Assembly: GCF_006345805.1 (NCBI RefSeq)
Contig: NC_043011.1
Location: 57,176,464-57,240,463 of the forward strand
Reading direction: 5' to 3'
DNA from: Octopus sinensis
Taxonomy: Eukaryota
DNA: 64,000 nt
The notes under the pieces are model-generated. The model worked only from the letters and a program-made list of their open reading frames with translations, had not been told where the DNA came from and made no database searches. This document shows positions 58,017 to 64,000 of the stretch, piece after piece. The number at the start of each line of letters is the position of its first letter. Position 1 is the stretch's first letter. A program made the position numbers and the translations under genes.

Positions 58017-61000
58017 CTGTACGTCTGTTATGAATTTACCGTTTCGTAGAAAACGTCACCAAGGAGATAAATTCAATCATTATCTAAAATCTGTGAGTTA
58101 TTTCTGCGATGTCTGATTACATAAGACTTATTATTCAATAAATGACGTCAAACCGACAAAGACCTGAAAATCTAAGAACGCAGTTCTCTTCTGGCCTCCG
58201 GTCAACTGTTAGTTAGCAGATTATGGATACATAAGTGTAATCGGTCAATAGCTAGCCACCTCTACGCAGATCTGGGCGATCCTTCGGTATAGGTACCGGA
58301 AGTGGCTTTGTTTACATTTCTGAAGACAACAGAAACCCTTTTCTCCCACCCCTAACCCTAACACAAACCCTAACCCTCCCATATATATATTTAAAAAAAA
58401 ACACTTTCTTGAAATGTATCCGGTACTTCTGGTACCTATACCGAAGTTACGCCATCGTAGGTGGTGAGGTGTAACAGACTGGACATACTGTATTACTTCC
58501 ACTGTCCACTCTATTTCTATATGCTTGTTGATTCTGACTCGATCAGTGGATAAGGTCACTGTTCTTTTGCACCGAGTTCTAGTAATGTGCAGTCCAGCAT
58601 TATGGGCCCCCAAGTGAAGAAGTGCTTTGGGACTCATCTTTTGTTTCAGTCATCAGACTACGCCCATGCAGGGGCACCTCAGTACTTATTTTATCGAACT
58701 CTTTTCCCGAATCGCTAAGTTACGGGGACGTAAACACACCAACACCTGTTGCAAGCGGTTGTCGGAGACAAAACACACATATATACACGGAAGTCTTCTT
58801 TCAGTTTCCGTCTACCAAATCCACTAATAAGGCTTTGGTCAGCCTGGGGCTATAGTAGAAGACACTTGCCCAAGGTACCACGCAGTGGGACTGAACCCAA
58901 AACCATATGGTTGGGAAGCTTCTTACCACGCCGCAACACCTGCGTCAATACTCAACATAGATGCACACACTTTTGCAGAGCTGTCGAGTTTGCTTGGCAA
59001 CAAACTGGTGTTGCTAAGGCGGTACTAGCCCAGCAGTGTATTGAGGTAGTGTTCTGGGTTGCTCTGCTTGGAAGGGATTTTATATTTAGTGAAAAAGGGG
59101 CAGTAAGGTTTTAGATTTCCTGTGGCTATACATTATGCCCTTTGCATGTCCAGGTCACCTTCAATGAGTGTTTTTTTTTTGTTTTGTTGTATTCATGATC
59201 TCAAAATGCCTGGAATAAAGGCCAAAACGGAGGGAACTGAAGCTCACAGCCATTCCAATGGGTGTCTCTGTTCTGAAACCACTGGAACTGACCTTTTTGA
59301 AGTAAAAAAAAAGTTAGAGAAAAACGTGAAGAATACAAGATATGATATGAACAACATCAACCACGTCGTCTGCTAACTCTTTGTCCTTGCCTCTTTCATG
59401 TGAATGTTCTAAGCCATCAAAACCATCCTGATTCAGTGGAGGAACCATTCAATCCAAATGACATTGAAATTCTTGAACTTAAGAACAGCGAATGACAAGT
59501 GTTCTGAGTGGCATCTGTGATGCTGAGTAATGCAATGCTTTGAGTTGTTTGAAGTCCCTTTTTTTTTTTTTATTTGTTGTGGGGATATAGAGGCTGATGC
59601 AGGGTTCTTCCATAACACACTGTACTGAACAATTAGCATCAATTACAATCTCGACTGTACACATCACAACAACGAACCTATTCTCCAACATGAAGGAAGC
59701 ATCCTTATCATATATTTCTTGAAAATTAATTACTAAAAATAACACAAAGTAGATGGGAAGTAGAGAGTACATACCCATCTAAGCTTGAGAACCCCCTACC
59801 CCTGCACGTCAGGGTAGACATCAGGAATATCAAGAAATTCAAAAACTTCAGGGCCTTATCTAATTGCAAGCATCTCATATAAAACACCTTGGTAGTTTGA
59901 TAGTTGCTTTGTATAGTTGTTTGCAATTTGTAGTTTTTATCATAACATGACAAGAACTAATATTAAGTTGAAATTATATTTAATTTTGTGTTTTTCAGAT
60001 GTGGCTTTGCAGGAGAGATGGGACCAAGATATATTATTCCTAGTCAAGTGAAAAACAGAAAGGGAGAGGTAAAGAGGGGTTTTTTTCTCTATTTTCTTCA
60101 TGCAGAATATTGCAGATTTATTTAAATAGTTTGACTTTTTAAAAACATTTAATTCTGTCTGTTGCTGTTTATTTACTGATTGAAGCAGCAGAGAGGGGAA
60201 TGTCATTCTTCAACCTTTTGTTGGTGGTGGCCAGTTGGAACACGTAATTAACAGCGCTAGGTTTACATTTGTGGAACATGAGACATGTGAATCTTTTATC
60301 GTATATGTATTTTGATCATTTGACTGTGGCCATGCTGGGGTATCACCTTGAAGGGTTTTAGTTGAACAAATCAAACCCCAGTACTTTTATAAGTATTTAT
60401 TCTATCAGTCTGGCAAAAGCCAAACTGCTAAGTCACAGGGATGTAAACAAGCCAACACCAGTTGTCAAATGGTGGTGGGTAAACACGCACATACATTAAG
60501 GATGGATGTGTTCGGTAGGTAACAATTTTACTTTTCAGGTTTTGGCTCATGTTGTTAGTCACATCAGACTTCCACCATTGTGTGAACGCATGGAGTCCTG
60601 TGGAGAACTATAACATAAAGACCTCATCAATGATGAGAGAGAAGGATATGGGCTTGGACTTTATTTCTCTGTTGTGTATAAGCCTCACGGCCACAAATGT
60701 AGACTGATGTTTATGAGAATCAGGGTCGGCCACAATCCTGAGGAAGTGTTCAGCTTGATTATGGATGCTGCATTTATGAGATGCCTCTAAGGGTTGCATT
60801 TATAGTGTGATACCAGGTGTTACTCAATTCTGAAGCAAATGGAACAGAAGAAATAAAGAAATACCAAATTGAAGACATGTTTTGTTTTCTTTCATTCTAC
60901 ACACACACAAACACATAATGGTCTTCCACAGTTTCCCTCTACCAAATCCACTCACAACATTGGTCAGCCCAGGGATGTTGCAGAAGATGCCTGCCCAAAG

Positions 61001-62413
61001 TGCCATGTAGTGGGACTGAACTCAAGACCACATGCTTAGGAAGCAAACTTCTTACCCACACAGCCCTGCTTGCACCCTGAAGCCATGTTTGTGTTTCACA
61101 ATGCTGTTGTTATTAATGGTATGAAACAAAACAAAACCACTACTACTTTTTGAAATTCTTTACTCAGAAGCACCAATATATATGCAGGCCATATAAGTGC
61201 AGGTGTGTGGCTCTGGTAAGAAGCTTGCTTCCCAACCACATGGTTCCGGGTTCAGTCCCACTGCATGGCACCTTGGGCAAGTGTCTTCAACTATAGCCTT
61301 GGGCCAACCAAATCCTTGTGAATGGTTTGGTAGACGGAAACTAGAAGAAGCCTGTTGTGTATATATATATATATATATATATGTTTGTATTTGTCCCTCC
61401 ACCTTCTCTTGACAACCGATATTGGTGTTTACATACCTGTAAATTAGTGGTTCGGCAAAAGAGACCGATAGAATAAGTACTGGGTTTACAAAGAATAAGT
61501 CCTGGAGTTGATTCGTTCGACTAAAGGCAGTGCTCCAGCATGACCGCAGTCAAATGACTGAAACAAATAGAAGAATAAATTTTTTTTTTTTTGTTTTTGC
61601 CTTGATGTTTAAGTCCTCTGCCAATACTGAAAGATACACACACAGCACAATTTGTGTCTACCAAATTTTATTCACAACACATTGGTTCACCTACAGCTAT
61701 GGTAGAAGACCCTTGCCTAATGTGCTGTGCTATAGTATTGAACCCAAAACTACTTGGTTGGCAATCATGCATTTTAACCATTCAGCCATAGGAAATATAA
61801 TGTTTTCTATTTTCCAAATTCTGAGTATGTCATCATTTTTTAATTTTCTTGTAAATTATTAAAATAGATTTGTTTATTCTTTTGTTGTTTTATTTTTCAG
61901 ACTCAAAATGTTTGGGATTATAAGAACAGCAAAGAACTTTACGAAAACCTGAAAGAATTTCTTAAGCATTTATATTTCAGGTTTGTATAAAAACTTTTCA
62001 CTATTTCTTCCAAGATCAAATTTCACTTAGGATTAAGTGATGTCAGTATAATCAGTAATCCCTCACCATATCACGGTTTATTATTTAAACTTATGTTGAT
62101 TCCTCCGTTGTGTTGTTTTGCATTTATAATAACTTACATATATATATACAAATTATTAAAATAATAAAAAATAATATACAGTACAGTACTGTTTCTACTT
62201 TGCACATTTTCACCTATCACAGGGAGTTTTGGAACATAACATCCATGATAGTCGATTCTCCCTGTTTCTCTCCTTGTTTTCTGTGTCCCTTTCTCTAGAA
62301 GAGCGTAGGCTCGAAATGTAAAAGACTTTTTATATTCCTGAGCGTTATACTAATACATCTGTTTGTTTTGTACACCACCTGTCTTCGTCTTTTGTTTTTT
62401 TTCCTTAAACTCT

Positions 62414-62452
<39 letters not shown>

Positions 62453-63957
62453 TCATGAGAGGTAATGGTGTCAAGAAGACCCAAAGGTGCCAGGTATTGC
62501 TGAGTAAGTGCTATGGACAGACTATAGTTAAGCTCCAGGTTCGGTGATTATGTGAATGAGGAGTCCAATGTAGGTCATATATTAGCGTGCATATATACAA
62601 AAAAATTAACGGAAGGAGATAAAAATCCAAGGCTGTGAAAGATTTCAGAATATTTATAAAGAGAAGGTCTTACAGTTGTTTCTGGGATCAGGATAGTTTA
62701 TATATCCCTTCATCGGAGACAGTACGAGAAAAAGGTTAAGCAATAGTTATTCTAGAATAACTATTGCTTAACCTTTTTCTCGTACTGTCTCTGATGAAGG
62801 GATATATAAAATATCCTGGAAACAGCTGTAAGACCTTGTAGTCTTTCACAGCCTTGGATTTTTATCTCATTCTGTTAATTATATATATATAAGAACAATA
62901 TATTCCATAAAAGGAATTGATAGTGTTTCAATGAGAACCCAGAATGGATGCAGTGTTATGAAATGCATGTATTCTGTTATTCTGTCTCACATTTTCAAGG
63001 ATTATATTCTTTACACATTCAATAATTTTCATCTCAAAAAGGAGAATGTAAAACCAAAACTATTAATTTTTAAAACAGGGGCAAAAAAATATAACACAAA
63101 ACTTATTCAGTCCTTTGTTATTTACTTTTCAGAGTAAAAGAACTCCGGTTGTATCATCCCAATCATCAAGTGTCCATAGTTGATGCTGGCATGGGTTGGA
63201 TGCTTTCCCAGTATCCAACAGGTCAAAGAACTGTGCCAAACCCTAATGTCTGCTTTGGCATGGTTTCTGTGACCGGATGCCCTTTCTAATGCCAACCACT
63301 TTACACTGTACTATTGGCTGCTTTTTTGTGTTCACTGGCATTAGTGAGGTCACCAGTTAACTTGCAAGACAAGACCCCTTGATTGAGCAGGGTGTAATAT
63401 TGATGGAGGTGGCTTGTACAAGATGGGGAGAGGAGGGACAAAAACAGTTATCTTAAGATATATGGCTACCTCAGCTGGAAAAGGAAAGAAGATGGAGGTG
63501 ATGAAGTGCCTGGATGTAATCTCAAGATACAAGAGGTTGAATGTGAAGTGGGTTGGGATAGGGGAACAGGTGAGAGGGATGAGAGGAATGTCTTCTATTT
63601 TGGAGTAATGAGTGAAGTCCCCATTAATCTTTTGCATTAGGATACTATTTTCGTTAGAGTATGGACAGTATTTGAGGGGCAGTTTGTTAAAATACTTCCT
63701 TAATTTGACCTCATAACTGGTCTTGTTTAATATCAATGGTCTGATAAAATCCCTTGCGCCACAGCAATAATTGCATTTTTCAATTCTTTCTAAGCTTGAT
63801 TCCTATATTTGTAATTCTGTTTCCTTATTTCTTCTTTTATTCTTGCAGACACATTACTATGAAGTCTCAGGACCGAAGAGTTGTGGTTTGTGAATCCTTA
63901 TTATGTCCTACAGTTTTCCGTGAAACTTTGGCCAAAGTTTTGTTCCAATATTTTGAG
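57660..63957 (+). CDS. ACTR10: Actin-related protein 10 (Arp11, dynactin pointed-end subunit), 3'-partial, exons 1-4
   Basis: Exons 57660-57724, 59999-60068, 61901-61980, 63849-63957 give [37 protein letters not shown]...[17 protein letters not shown]...[29 protein letters not shown], matching the ACTR10 N-terminus. The gene continues beyond the window. Confidence 0.94.
58282..58446. mobile_element. 165-nt element with 22-bp terminal inverted repeats and telomere-like CCCTAA hexamers
   Basis: CTTCGGTATAGGTACCGGAAGT / ACTTCTGGTACCTATACCGAAG (1 mismatch); internal CCCTAACCCTAAC..AACCCTAACCCT. Confidence 0.6.
58637..58945 (-). mobile_element. family A CORE-type SINE, CpG-retaining
   Basis: Same motifs on the minus strand. 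Confidence 0.75.
59999..60068 (+). CDS. ACTR10: ACTR10 exon 2 [23 protein letters not shown]
   Basis: ttcag / gtaaag. Confidence 0.93.
61200..61572 (+). mobile_element. family A CORE-type SINE
   Basis: Same head/CORE/tail. Confidence 0.75.
61901..61980 (+). CDS. ACTR10: ACTR10 exon 3 [27 protein letters not shown]
   Basis: ttcag / gtttgt. Confidence 0.92.
62604..62880. repeat. loopless ~277-nt palindrome (tail-to-tail Penelope-like/hammerhead element)
   Basis: Centre TCT|AGA at 62753/62754; 57 consecutive pairs with one G.T, then pairing continues with indels. Confidence 0.85.
62787..62834 (+). ncRNA. minimal type I hammerhead ribozyme motif in the right arm of a palindrome
   Basis: GTCT-CTGATGA-A-GGGATAT/ATATCCT-G-GAAA-C-AGCT-G-TA-AGAC. 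Confidence 0.68.
63849..63957 (+). CDS. ACTR10: ACTR10 exon 4 [20 protein letters not shown]...LFQYFE
   Basis: tgcag / gtaaga. Confidence 0.93.
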
Positions 63958-64000
63958 GTAAGATATAAAGCTTATAAGAATTCATTGCAGAGAATTATAA

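Noticed and set aside
58349-58378. Interstitial telomere or chromosome fusion scar
   Set aside because: Only about four imperfect hexamers, enclosed by TIRs; better explained as part of an element.
58640-58665. Minus-strand CTGATGA-CT-GAAAC
   Set aside because: No stem II; it is a mutated SINE 3' end. The same applies to CTGAAGACAACAGAAA at 58320.

Overview
AT-rich, repeat-dense, large-intron animal DNA. The repeat repertoire suggests Octopus; that is an inference, not a database result. I assembled three spliced genes by hand from GT-AG boundaries with continuous reading frame. (1) MMS19 on +: 25 coding exons from 1753 to 41398; the first exon lies upstream of the window. (2) A complete 6-exon, 250-aa cofactor-dependent phosphoglycerate mutase on -, 57386 to 43677, convergent with MMS19. 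(3) ACTR10/Arp11 on +: exons 1-4 from 57660, running off the end, head-to-head with PGAM with only 273 nt between the ATGs. Introns hold tRNA/CORE-type SINEs, 5'-truncated RTE-type LINE ends with (GAT)n tails, TTAA piggyBac-type MITEs, TA pogo/Tc1-type elements and microsatellites; almost all supplied six-frame ORFs are by-products of these. The most unexpected signal is a set of minimal type I hammerhead ribozyme motifs in unrelated carriers. Three have intact cores (32781, 46813, 62787) and several are decayed. One sits in a ~356-nt direct-repeat-bounded monomer (retrozyme/Penelope-like) and one in a loopless 277-nt palindrome. Exon coordinates were counted by hand; repeat boundaries are approximate.
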